A stretch of 64,000 nucleotides of DNA, from positions 166,206 to 230,205 of the forward strand of contig JBKBKC010000004.1 in NCBI GenBank assembly GCA_046294265.1, in the 5' to 3' direction. Shown here one piece after another: positions 28,366-38,798 of this stretch. A program made the translations under genes and the position numbers. Numbering within the stretch: position 1 is the stretch's first letter; every line of letters begins with the position of its first letter. The notes under the pieces were generated by a model. The model ran no database searches. It was not told the DNA's origin and worked only from the letters and a program-made list of their open reading frames with translations. Source of the DNA: Gemmobacter sp. Lineage in GTDB: Bacteria > Pseudomonadota > Alphaproteobacteria > Rhodobacterales > Rhodobacteraceae.

Positions 28366-28399
28366 CCCCACCCCCACCCCAACCAACAGGGATACCACG

Positions 28400-29413
28400 A
28401 TGAAACATACGATGTATCTGACAACCGCTGTTTGCCTTGCCGGGTCCGGCGTGGCCTTTGCGGGTACGCTTGACGATGTAAAGGCGCGCGGCAAGGTGAT
28501 CTGCGGCGTGACTCAGGGCGTGCCGGGCTTTTCCAACCCCGACGACAAGGGCAACTGGACCGGCTTCGACGTGGACATCTGCCGCGCCGTCGCCGCCGCC
28601 GTGCTGGGCAATGCCGATGCGGTGAAGTACACACCGCTGTCGAACACCGAACGCTTTACCGCGCTCCAGTCGGGCGAGGTTGACATCCTGTCGCGCACCA
28701 CGACCCGCACGCTGAACCGCGATACCGCGCTGGGGCTGAACTTTGCGCCGACGGTGTTCTATGACGGGCAGGGCTTCATGGTGCGCGAATCCTCGGGCCT
28801 GAAGTCTGCGATGGAACTGAACGGCGCGGCCGTCTGCGTGTCAGCCGGATCAACGACCGAACTGAACCTCGCCGACTTCTTCACCGCGAACGGGATGACC
28901 TACAACCCGGTCCGGTTCGAAAAGGCCGATGAGGTTCTGGCCGCCTATGACGCGGGCCGATGCGACGTCTATACCTCGGACCTGTCGGGGCTGGCCGCAC
29001 GTCGTCTGGTGATGCAGAACCCGGCCGAGCATGTGATGCTGCCCGAAACGATCTCCAAGGAGCCGCTGGCCCCAGTCGTGCGGCATGGCGATGACCAGTG
29101 GTTCGATGTGGTGACCTGGACGGTCTATGCCCTGATCGGGGCCGAGGAGATGGGCATCACCCAGGCGAACATCGCCGAGATGAAGGAAACCGGAAACCCG
29201 GACGTGAAGCGGCTGCTGGGCGGCAGCGAAACCTCGATCGGCGAATGGCTGGGGCTGGACAATGATTGGGCGGTTCGCGCGCTGGGGGCTGTCGGCAACT
29301 ATGGCGAGCTTTGGGCGCGCCACCTTGGGCCCGATACGCCCCTGAAGATCGAGCGCGGGCTGAACGAGCTTTATACCAACGGCGGCATCCAGTACGCCCC
29401 GCCGATCAAGTAA
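28400..29413 (+). CDS. aapJ: general L-amino-acid ABC transporter substrate-binding protein (AapJ/BztA-like)
   Basis: Has a signal peptide and motifs ..GVPGFSNPDDKGNWTGFDVDICRAVAAAV.. and ..TTRTLNRD... Confidence 0.8.
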   Translation: MKHTMYLTTAVCLAGSGVAFAGTLDDVKARGKVICGVTQGVPGFSNPDDKGNWTGFDVDICRAVAAAVLGNADAVKYTPLSNTERFTALQSGEVDILSRTTTRTLNRDTALGLNFAPTVFYDGQGFMVRESSGLKSAMELNGAAVCVSAGSTTELNLADFFTANGMTYNPVRFEKADEVLAAYDAGRCDVYTSDLSGLAARRLVMQNPAEHVMLPETISKEPLAPVVRHGDDQWFDVVTWTVYALIGAEEMGITQANIAEMKETGNPDVKRLLGGSETSIGEWLGLDNDWAVRALGAVGNYGELWARHLGPDTPLKIERGLNELYTNGGIQYAPPIK

Positions 29414-29429
29414 GCTGTCAGCGGTTTTT

Positions 29430-29452
29430 CGGGCGGCCTGTCGGGCCGCCCG
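29430..29452 (+). promoter_or_regulatory. GC stem-loop right after the SBP gene
   Basis: CGGGCGGCC-5 nt-GGCCGCCCG, a 9-bp stem, 17 nt after the stop. Confidence 0.5.
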
Positions 29453-29479
29453 GTCCCTCAGGAAGCGGGCTTTCGCATC

Positions 29480-30658
29480 ATGTCCGACACGCTGCAACCG
29501 CCGCGCGCAAAGGTCTTGACCCGGTCACGGGTGCGGGCGCTGGCCGTGCAGGCGGTGTTTCTGGGCGGGGTCGGATACGTTCTTTACTTCCTGTTCGCCA
29601 ACACGATGGCGAACCTTGACCGGCAGGGCATCGCGTCGGGCTTCGGGTTCCTGAACACCCGCGCGGGGTTCGACGTGTCGTTGTCCTATATCCCGTTTTC
29701 CAGCGCCAACAGCTATGGCCGCGCCTACTGGGTGGCTGTCACGAATACGCTGGTGCTGTCGGGTCTGGGGATCGTGCTGGCGACGGTGCTGGGGTTCGGC
29801 CTCGGGCTGGCGCGGGTGTCGAAGAACTGGCTGATCTCGCGGCTGGCGACGGTCTATATCGAGATATTCCGCAATGTGCCGCTCTTGCTTCAATTGTTCT
29901 TCTGGTACTTCGCCCTGCTGCGCCAGTTGCCCGCACCCCGGGCCAGCGTGACCCTCGGCGACATGGCCTTCCTGAACAACCGGGGCCTCTATCTGCCGCG
30001 TCCTGTGGTCGATCAGGGCGGGGGCGCGATCCTGCTGGCCCTGCTGGCCGGGGTGCTGCTGGGCATCGTGATGCAGGTTCGCGCGCGGCGTCACCGCGAC
30101 CGCACGGGAACCGGGCTGGCCGTCTGGCCGTGGTGGCTGGGGGGGCTGATCGGATTTCCGATGATCGCGGCCGTGCTGTCGGGAGCAACACCTTCGCTGG
30201 TGGTGCCGGAACTGACCGGCTTCAACTTTCAGGGCGGCATCCTCTTGTTGCCTGAAATGCTGGCGGCGCTGCTGGGCCTTGGGTTCTACATCTCGGCCGC
30301 CATCGGCGAGATCGTGCGCGCAGGGATCCAGGGCGTGGACCGCGGGCAGTATGAGGCGGCCTCGGCCCTTGGCCTTCGGCAGGGGGAGCGGATGCGGCTG
30401 GTGATCCTGCCGCAGGCGATGCGGATCATCATTCCGCCACTGGCCACGCAATACCTTTCGCTCGCCAAGAACACCTCGCTGGCCGCCGCAATCGCCTTCC
30501 CCGAGGTCATCAGCATCGTCGCGGGCACAACCATGACCCAGACCGGGCAGGCGGTGGAATCCATCATGCTGGCGATGCTGTTTTACATGACGGTCAGCCT
30601 GACCATCGCGGCGATCATGAATTTCCTGAACTACCGGGTGCTGCGCCATGGAAGCTAG
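29480..30658 (+). CDS. aapQ: amino-acid ABC permease (AapQ/BztB-like)
   Basis: 392 aa, polytopic, with EAA-type loop ..GQYEAASALGLRQGERMRLVILPQA... Confidence 0.8.
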   Translation: MSDTLQPPRAKVLTRSRVRALAVQAVFLGGVGYVLYFLFANTMANLDRQGIASGFGFLNTRAGFDVSLSYIPFSSANSYGRAYWVAVTNTLVLSGLGIVLATVLGFGLGLARVSKNWLISRLATVYIEIFRNVPLLLQLFFWYFALLRQLPAPRASVTLGDMAFLNNRGLYLPRPVVDQGGGAILLALLAGVLLGIVMQVRARRHRDRTGTGLAVWPWWLGGLIGFPMIAAVLSGATPSLVVPELTGFNFQGGILLLPEMLAALLGLGFYISAAIGEIVRAGIQGVDRGQYEAASALGLRQGERMRLVILPQAMRIIIPPLATQYLSLAKNTSLAAAIAFPEVISIVAGTTMTQTGQAVESIMLAMLFYMTVSLTIAAIMNFLNYRVLRHGS

Positions 30659-31729
30659 GCTTGCCCCGGATGCATCGATCACCCCGCTGGTCTGGGTGCG
30701 GCGGAACCTGTTTCCCGACTGGCGGCAGGGCCTGCTGACGATTCTGGTGCTGTTCCTGCTGGCGCGGTATCTGCCGCCCTTGTTCGCATGGCTTTTCACC
30801 GATGCCACATGGACCGGCACGCGGGATGATTGCGTGGCAGCGGGGGGTGCATGCTGGGCTTTTGTCGGCGCGCGCTGGGGGCAGTTCATCTATGGCTTCT
30901 ACCCCGATGCGGAACGCTGGCGGGTCAATGTCGCATTCGCATTGCTGGTGGCGGGTCTGCTGCCACTGTTCCTGAGTGTCGTCCGGAACAAGGGTTGGAT
31001 CATCCTCGGGCTGGTGACGGTCTATCCGGTGGTGGCCTTCTTCCTGCTCCATGGCGGGGTGTTCGGGCTGCCAGTGGTTGAAACCGCGCGCTGGGGCGGG
31101 TTCATGCTGACTTTGGTGGTTGCGATCACGGGGATGGTGGGGTCGCTGCCAATCGGCATCCTGCTGGCCCTCGGCCGCCGGTCGCGGATGCCCGCGATCC
31201 GCGTGTTCTGCACCGCCTTCATCGAACTGTTCCGTGCCGTGCCGCTGATCACTGTGCTGTTCATGGCGTCCGTCATGCTGCCCCTCTTCCTGCCGTCCGG
31301 CTTTACCCTCGACAAACTCTTGCGCGCACTGATCGGGGTCGCCGTGTTCAACGGCGCGCTGATGGCCGAGGTGGTGCGGGGCGGATTGCAGGCGATCCCC
31401 AAGGGGCAATACGAAGCGGCGACGTCGCAGGGTATGGGATACTGGCGGATGATGGGCTTCATCATCCTGCCGCAGGCACTGCGGCTGGTTATTCCGGGTC
31501 TGGTCAACACCTGGGTCGCGATCATCAAGGACACGACGCTGGTGCTGATCATCGGCCTCTTCGACCTGTTGGGGATCGTGCAGGCCGGGGTGGCGGATGC
31601 CAACTGGCTGGCCTCGAATGTCACGAAGACCGGCTATGTCTTTGCGGGGCTGGGCTTCTGGATCCTGTGTTTCGGGCTCTCGCGCTGGTCAATGCGGCTG
31701 GAACGGCAGTTGGGCGGGCGGGCGGGACG

Positions 31730-31733
<4 letters not shown>
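30648..31733 (+). CDS. aapM: amino-acid ABC permease (AapM/BztC-like)
   Basis: 361 aa with ..[25 protein letters not shown]... Confidence 0.8.
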
Positions 31734-32473
<740 letters not shown>

Positions 32474-32478
32474 GGGAC

Positions 32479-33378
32479 ATGGCCCAATCCGCAGAAAAGC
32501 CTGCCATGACAGCCCCATCCAAACCCGTCACCGCCGCCGAGTTCCAGGCCCTGCTGGTGCAGGAGAGGGACAGGTTCACCCCCCGAATGCTGGAGGCGGG
32601 GGCCTATGTCGTCGAGAACCCCAAAGAGGTGGCCTTCAGTGCGGTGGCGGTGCTGGCGCAGCAGTCAGGCATCGCCACCACCAGTTTCGTGCGGCTGGCG
32701 CAGGCCATGGGGTTTTCGGGCTTTACCGAAATGCAGGCCCTGTTCCGCGAACCTTTGCGCGGGGCCTATCCCAGTTCGCTGGACGAACGCATCCGCCATT
32801 CACAGGGCGAACAGGTGATCCCTGACCCCAGCGATGTGGCCGCCATCGGGCGGTCATTTGCCCAGGCCAACATTGCGTCGCTGTCCCATCTGGCCGACCG
32901 GCTGGGCGCCATGCCGCTGGATGCCGCTATCGACCTGGTGCTGGGCGCGCGGACGGTGCATGTGATCGGGATCGACCGGTCGTTTGCGGTGGCATCTTAC
33001 CTGTCCTATGCGCTGAACCGGGCGGGTATCCAGAGTTTCCAGATCACCGGCCTGGGCAGCGCCATCGCCGATCACGCGGCCCTGATGGCGCCGGACGACC
33101 TGCTGATCGCTATCAGCTTTCCGCCCTATGCCGCCGAAACTGTCGCCATCACCCGGCAGGTGCGCGACCAGGGAAACACGGTTCTGGCCATCACCAACAG
33201 CACGCTCAGCCCGATCACCGAAGGCGCGCGCGAGGTTCTGTTCGTCAACGATGCCGAACTACACGGCTTCCGGTCTCTGACCGCGCTGATGTCACTGGTG
33301 CAAACGCTGATGATGGGCATCGCCTATCGCAAGCGGCAGGAGGTGGCCGGGTTCGACATCGACGAGATCAACGCCTGA
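32479..33378 (+). CDS. MurR/RpiR-family transcriptional regulator (HTH_6 + SIS domain)
   Basis: Motifs ..VAVLAQQSGIATTSFVRLAQAMGFSGF.. and ..VHVIGIDRSFAVASYL... Confidence 0.8.
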   Translation: MAQSAEKPAMTAPSKPVTAAEFQALLVQERDRFTPRMLEAGAYVVENPKEVAFSAVAVLAQQSGIATTSFVRLAQAMGFSGFTEMQALFREPLRGAYPSSLDERIRHSQGEQVIPDPSDVAAIGRSFAQANIASLSHLADRLGAMPLDAAIDLVLGARTVHVIGIDRSFAVASYLSYALNRAGIQSFQITGLGSAIADHAALMAPDDLLIAISFPPYAAETVAITRQVRDQGNTVLAITNSTLSPITEGAREVLFVNDAELHGFRSLTALMSLVQTLMMGIAYRKRQEVAGFDIDEINA

Positions 33379-33390
33379 GGAGGGCCTGCC

Positions 33391-34791
33391 ATGAACTTCG
33401 ACCTGATCATCCGTGGCGGCACGGTGGCCACCGCGGCCGACGTGTTTCGCGCCGATCTGGCGGTCAGGGACGGCAGAATCGTGCAGATCGGGCTGGATCT
33501 GGGCGAAGCGCGTCAGGTGATCGACGCGACAGGGCGCTATGTGCTGCCCGGCGGGATCGACAGCCATGTTCATATCGCCCAACCCTCGGGCGACGGGATC
33601 GTCATGGCGGATGACTTTGCCTCGGGCACCCTGTCGGCGTTGATGGGGGGGAATACGACCGTCATGCCCTTCTGCCTGCCGGCCAAGGGGCAATCGCTGC
33701 GGGCGGCGCTGACCGACTATCACGCGCTGGCAACGGGGCGCTGCCATACCGATGTCGCCTTCCACATCATCATCACCGACCCCACCGATGCGGTGTTGGG
33801 GCAAGAGATTCCGGCGCTGGTGGCCGATGGCTATACCTCGTTCAAGGTGTTCATGACCTATGAGGGGCTGCGGCTGAACGATACCCAGATCCTGTCCACC
33901 ATGGATGCGGCCCAAGGTGCCGGGGCCCTGGTGATGGTGCATTGCGAGAATGAGGATGTGATCCGCTTTCTGGTGGACCGGGCCGAACGTGGCGGCGACC
34001 TGGCGCCCGCAGCCCATGCCCGCACCCGCCCGGTGGCCGCCGAGCGCGAGGCGACGCACCGCGCCCTGTCGCTGGCGGAGGTGACGGAGGTGCCGGTGGT
34101 GATCGTCCACGTCTCGAACGGCGAGGCGATGGAAGAGATTGCCCGCGCCCGCGCGCGCGGTGCCCGCGTGGTGGGCGAAACCTGCCCGCAATACCTGGTG
34201 CTGACCGCCGCCGATCTGGAGGCGATGGACTGGAGCGGGGCGAAATACGTCTGCTCCCCCCCGCCCCGCACCACCGCCGATCAGGCCGCCTGCTGGCGCG
34301 GTATCCAGACCGGAGTGTTCGATCTGGTGTCGTCGGATCACTGCCCATTCAAGTATGATGACCCTCAGGGCAAGTTGAACCCGAGGGGCCGCACGTCCTT
34401 CCGGCATGTGCCCAATGGAATTCCGGGGGTGGAGACGCGCCTGCCGATCCTGTTTTCCGAAGGTGTCAGCAAGGGCCGGATCGATATCTGCAAGTTCGTG
34501 GCGTTGACCGCCACCAACCAGGCGAAAACCTATGGCCTTTACCCGCAGAAGGGCACCATCGCCATCGGATCGGACGCCGACCTGACGATCTGGGACCCGC
34601 TGGTGGAACGGGTGATCCGACACGCCGATCTGCACGACGGATCGGACTACACGCCCTATGAGGGTTTTTCGGTCAAGGGCTGGCCCGTCGGTGTTGTATT
34701 GCGGGGTCGCGTGATGATGCTGGACGGGCGGCTGACCGGCGCAATAGGAGACGGTATGTACCTGACACGTGAACGGCCGCGATTTGGCTAA
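33391..34791 (+). CDS. D-hydantoinase / dihydropyrimidinase (cyclic amidohydrolase)
   Basis: Metal ligands GGIDSHVH, carboxylated-Lys context SFKVFM, plus HCEN, VHVS and SDHCPF. Confidence 0.85.
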   Translation: MNFDLIIRGGTVATAADVFRADLAVRDGRIVQIGLDLGEARQVIDATGRYVLPGGIDSHVHIAQPSGDGIVMADDFASGTLSALMGGNTTVMPFCLPAKGQSLRAALTDYHALATGRCHTDVAFHIIITDPTDAVLGQEIPALVADGYTSFKVFMTYEGLRLNDTQILSTMDAAQGAGALVMVHCENEDVIRFLVDRAERGGDLAPAAHARTRPVAAEREATHRALSLAEVTEVPVVIVHVSNGEAMEEIARARARGARVVGETCPQYLVLTAADLEAMDWSGAKYVCSPPPRTTADQAACWRGIQTGVFDLVSSDHCPFKYDDPQGKLNPRGRTSFRHVPNGIPGVETRLPILFSEGVSKGRIDICKFVALTATNQAKTYGLYPQKGTIAIGSDADLTIWDPLVERVIRHADLHDGSDYTPYEGFSVKGWPVGVVLRGRVMMLDGRLTGAIGDGMYLTRERPRFG

Positions 34792-34923
34792 TGCCTGCGT
34801 TCCACCCGATCATTCAAGCTGCGAAACACGAGAGGGGGCTGCCCCGGCTCTGATGATGTGACCGCCCCCCGACGGCATCGCTGTGCCAAGGTGTGTCTGC
34901 GAGGATCCACACAGGAGGACGGT

Positions 34924-35569
34924 CATGTTGGAGATTGCCACGGTCGGGCCCGAGCTGGCGAAGAATGTGTTTTCGGGCTCATGTGGCTGAAGCTTCCGGT
35001 CGAGCGGTGCTGCGCAAGAAGTTGCGACGGGATCAGGTGCGTGGCTTTTTCTGCCAGCTGCCGCGCCGCATCGTCGCGATGGAGGCCTGCGGCGGTGCCC
35101 ACTACCGTGGCCGCGAGATCGGCACGCCGGGCCATGAGGTGCGGCTCATCCTGGCCGCTTACGTCAAGCCTTTCGTCAAGCGGCAGAGGCACGATGGTGA
35201 GGAGGGCCGTGGCCGCGGTGCGGCCGCGTAAGCCGACGAACGACGCCGAGGCCATCTGCGAGGCCATCTGCAAGGCAGCGCTGAGGCCGACGATGCGTTT
35301 CGTGCCGGTGAAGAGTGAGGAAACCCAAGGGGCCGCGATGGTCCTGCGCATCCGCGAGCTTCCGATCCGGCAGCGAACGCCGCGCGACTGATCGCCATCG
35401 TCGGGGATCCGGAAAGCGGCTTTCCCTTGGAGGCGGAGATCGGCAAGCTTGATGCCGAGGTCGCCCGTCGCGCCAAGGGGAACGCGCTGGCCCGGTGGCT
35501 CATGACGGTGCCGGGCATCGGGCCGCTCATCGCCACGGCCATTGCGGTTCTGGCCCCGCCGCCCGAGAG
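34924..35569 (+). pseudogene. IS110-family transposase relic (copy 2), frameshifted, with in-frame stop, cut off by IS630
   Basis: Contains MLEIATVGPELAKNVF.., ..ASGRAVLRKKLRRDQV..IVAMEACGGAHY..GHEVRLI..YVKPFVKRQ.., then ..NDAEAICEA..RPTMRFVPVKSEE.. and ..WLMTVPGIGPLIATAI.. in three frames. Confidence 0.8.
35248..35271. repeat. 12-bp tandem duplication (GAGGCCATCTGC x2) inside IS110 relic 2
   Basis: In-frame EAIC-EAIC duplication. Confidence 0.9.
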
Positions 35570-36727
35570 CAACGGCCTTAGCTTTTGACCGTTTTTGCGT
35601 GGTCTCTGGTGGTGATGGATTGGACGGTGTCGATGTCGTTTGCGAAGAAGTTGCAGGCGTCGCAGGTCTCGAAGACGGAGATGGCGAGGCGGTTGGCGCG
35701 AAGGTAGGCCCGGACGTTTTCGATCGGGTTGAGTTCCGGGGCGCAGGATGGAAGGCGCAGGATGGAAGGCGGAGGGTGGAAGTGGCAGGAGGGTGATGGT
35801 GTCGGGGACGCACAGTGTCTTTGGGCCATGCCACCCGGCCCCGTCGAGGACGGGAACGGCGTGCGCATCCTCGGCCACGGTTCGGGAGATCTCGGCGAGA
35901 TGGGCGTTCATCGCAGCCGTGTCGGCGTGGGGCAGGACCAGCGCGGCGGTGGTGCCGCGCGCAGGGCAGACGGCGCCGAAGATGTCGGCGGAAGTGTCGC
36001 GGGTATCCCGGGGGGTGCGCGGGCGGCTGCCGCGCGGCGCCCGGATACGGGTCAGCGTGCCCTGCTGGCCAACGCGCGCTTCATCTGGAAACCAGACCTC
36101 CAATGGCATGCCGCGGGCGTTCTCCGGCAGGGCCTCGGCGACCGTCACAGCGAAGTTTTTTGAACGCCGACGGGGCCTTGGCATCGGATCTCGGGTGCTG
36201 CGGGCGCACCGAGAGGCGGCGAAAGCCCAAGCTGGCCAGCTGCTTGCCCACGGTGCGCTCGTGCATCGTCACGCCGAAGTGCGCCTCGATCCTGCGCTTG
36301 AGGTCAACGCGCCGCCAGCGCACCACCCCGTGCACGGCAGGGCCGGGACCCTCACGTAGCATCTGTGCCAGTTCCGCCTTCTGGTCAGGGCTCAGCCGCG
36401 GCGCGGGTCCGGCCAAGCGGCGGTCGGGCAGCCCCACCAGCCCGGCGGCGGTGTAGCGATGGACCCGATCGCGCAACGTCTGCCGGTCCATCCCGCAGGT
36501 CTCGGCGGCGGTCTTGCGGTCCGCCCCCTCCAGCACCAACGCAATCGCCAGCATGCGCCGCGCCGCCTTCGCATCCGTCGTCTTCGCCGCCGCAGCCCGA
36601 AGCTCACGCGCCGAAAGTTCTGTCCGCGTGATCGCAACCGCCATCCAGCCCTCCGTGCTGCGACGACATTGAATCACAGCACAAAGCCGAAGGGTATCCT
36701 GCGAGAGCCACAGCCCGAGGCCGCTGG
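35570..36727 (-). mobile_element. IS630-family element, full length but transposase broken into three frames
   Basis: HTH part 36677-36081 (..RELRAAAAKTTDAKAARRMLAIALVLEG..), DDE part from 36184 (..PLEVWFPDEARVGQQGTLTRI..) and C-terminal part to 35578 (..APELNPIENV..ITTRDHAKTVKS). The ends read CAACGGCC.. and ..GGCCGCTGG, followed by TA. Confidence 0.85.
35743..35770. repeat. 14-bp tandem repeat (GCAGGATGGAAGGC x2) disrupting the IS630 transposase
   Basis: Removing the 28 bp restores ..LPLPPSAPELNPIENV.. in one frame. Confidence 0.85.
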
Positions 36728-36796
36728 TATAACATGAGCACCTGACCGGAACAGAACCGGTGCAGGTCTATATCAACATGACCTGCTCAAGAAGAT

Positions 36797-37762
36797 TCAT
36801 GCAACGCGGTCGGCAGGTAGGCGCCCTCCAAACACGGCATCGATGTTGTCCAGCGCCCTGTAACCCATCGCGATGCGGGTCTCGAATGTAGCCGACCCAA
36901 TGTGCGGAAGCATGAAGACGTTGTCGAGCGCCGATACGCCCGGATGGCCACCAGGTTCGTTGCGGAAAACGTCCAATCCGGCTGCGAACAGCTGCCCGGA
37001 TTTCAGCGCGGCAATCAGCGCATCCTCATCGACAAGCGCGCCGCGAGCGGTGTTCACCAGAATGGCCCCTTTCGGCATGAGCGAAAGGCGCGCGGCGTTC
37101 ATCAATCCGGTCGTTTCCGGCGTGGCGGGACAGTGCAGGGACAGGACGTCACAACTGGCGATCAGCGATTCCGGGCTGTCGTGGTAAAATGCACCCTTTG
37201 CCTGCGCCTCCGTCAGGGGCCGCCGGTTGTGATAGTGAATCTCCATCCCGAAGCCGCGTGCACGTTCAGCCACGACCAGCCCGACGCGCCCCATGCCCAT
37301 CACACCGAAACGTTTTCCTGTGATCTGCTTGCCCACCATGAAGGACGGCGACCACGAATTCCAGCGACCCTCGCGCACCATCCGGTCACCCTCGGCGCCC
37401 CGGCGTGCCGCTCCCAGCATGCAAAGGATGGCGATTTCGGCGGTAGCATCGGACAGAACATCTGGTGTGTTGGTGACGATGATGCCACGCGCGGCGGCGG
37501 CGGCCAGATCGACGTGATCCACCCCCACCGAATGGTTTGCAATGACCTTCAGCCTGTCTGGCAAGGCAGCGATGACCTTGTCACTGAAGCGTTCCGAGTG
37601 GCAGGGGAGCACCGCATCGACGTCCTGACATGCCGCGATCAACGCCTCGGATGAGAATGTCCTGTCCTCCGGATTGAACACTGCATCGTAGTCGCGCGCG
37701 GCGCGCGTCTCGACCTCGGGCGACAGCTTTCGCGTGACGAGCAGCCTTGGCTTGCCTGACAT
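36797..37762 (-). CDS. D-isomer-specific 2-hydroxyacid dehydrogenase (glyoxylate/hydroxypyruvate reductase-like)
   Basis: ATG at 37762 follows AAGGAG. Motifs ..GVMGMGRVG.. (NAD binding), ..NTARGALVDE.. and ..PHIGSAT... Confidence 0.85.
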   Translation of the reverse strand: MSGKPRLLVTRKLSPEVETRAARDYDAVFNPEDRTFSSEALIAACQDVDAVLPCHSERFSDKVIAALPDRLKVIANHSVGVDHVDLAAAAARGIIVTNTPDVLSDATAEIAILCMLGAARRGAEGDRMVREGRWNSWSPSFMVGKQITGKRFGVMGMGRVGLVVAERARGFGMEIHYHNRRPLTEAQAKGAFYHDSPESLIASCDVLSLHCPATPETTGLMNAARLSLMPKGAILVNTARGALVDEDALIAALKSGQLFAAGLDVFRNEPGGHPGVSALDNVFMLPHIGSATFETRIAMGYRALDNIDAVFGGRLPADRVA

Positions 37763-37794
37763 GGGCGTTCTCCTTCGGTTTGGTGGCAGTTGCT

Positions 37795-38745
37795 TCAGCG
37801 CGCCAGCCCTGCGACGCGCTCGACGAACGCCCGGTCGTATGTGCGCCCGTCGATGGCCGCAATTGCCGCACGCACCTGGTCGGGATTGTTCAGCGACACC
37901 ACCACCGAGGTGATCGCAGGATGCGATAGTGCGAACCGGATGGCAGCATCGCTCCACGATGCGATGTCAGGGCCGAGGTCGGTCTGGACGCGCACGAAAA
38001 GGTCGTAGTGCCTGTCCCATGCCGGATCGCGTTTTGGGTCGTCAGCTGAAAGACTGCTGCGGTTGGCGCGCTTGTCGGTGATGATCCCTTGCAAGTAGGG
38101 GCGCATGGAAAACGCGCCCAGTCCGCGTTCTGCGCAATCATCAAGGACGTCAAGCATCTCGGTTTCAAGAAAGTTCCAGAAGGCGATCAGCCCGTCAAAG
38201 GCACCCGAGGCAATCGCCGGTCTGGCGAAACCGACGGTATGCGGGAAAGTGATGACATAGCCCAGCTTGCCCTCCCGGCGCATTGCCTCGGCGGTCTCGG
38301 TCAACGCGGCGTTTGTCGCGTCCATGCGCGCGAGGCGATCTGGGTCTCCACGTTCGTCGTAGATGATGTCCTTCGCGACACCGCGCTGCAGGTGCTGGAC
38401 GATGGCGATGCGTTCGGTCTTCAACTCGCGCAGGGCGGTTTCGACATGGGTGCGAAACTGGGCATCGCTGAAGCTCGGATCGGTGTAGTCGGGTGAGGGC
38501 ACCTTGATGATGTGGTGCAGCTCGGCGCGTCGCGGGTGCTCGGCCAGGATGCGCTCCAGCGCCCAGCGGGTGCCGTATTCATAGCTGGAATGGATCGCGT
38601 TAACACCTGCGTCCAGCGCATCCAGCAGCGCACGACGACCCAGGTCCTCATCGTTCTTCGCTTGCGCGCCGTCCACGAAACGAAGGGCGCCGAAGGTGAT
38701 TTCGGAAAATTCCAGATCGGTTTTCCCGAACTTGCGATAACGCAT
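37795..38745 (-). CDS. aldo/keto reductase family oxidoreductase
   Basis: Starts MRYRKFGKTDLEFSEITFGALRF.. with ..GVNAIHSSYEYG... ATG at 38745. Confidence 0.75.
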   Translation of the reverse strand: MRYRKFGKTDLEFSEITFGALRFVDGAQAKNDEDLGRRALLDALDAGVNAIHSSYEYGTRWALERILAEHPRRAELHHIIKVPSPDYTDPSFSDAQFRTHVETALRELKTERIAIVQHLQRGVAKDIIYDERGDPDRLARMDATNAALTETAEAMRREGKLGYVITFPHTVGFARPAIASGAFDGLIAFWNFLETEMLDVLDDCAERGLGAFSMRPYLQGIITDKRANRSSLSADDPKRDPAWDRHYDLFVRVQTDLGPDIASWSDAAIRFALSHPAITSVVVSLNNPDQVRAAIAAIDGRTYDRAFVERVAGLAR

Positions 38746-38798
38746 GGTTGTCCCTTTCGCTGGCCGGGAGCACCGTCTCCGGTGCCCCCGCCGTTTTG

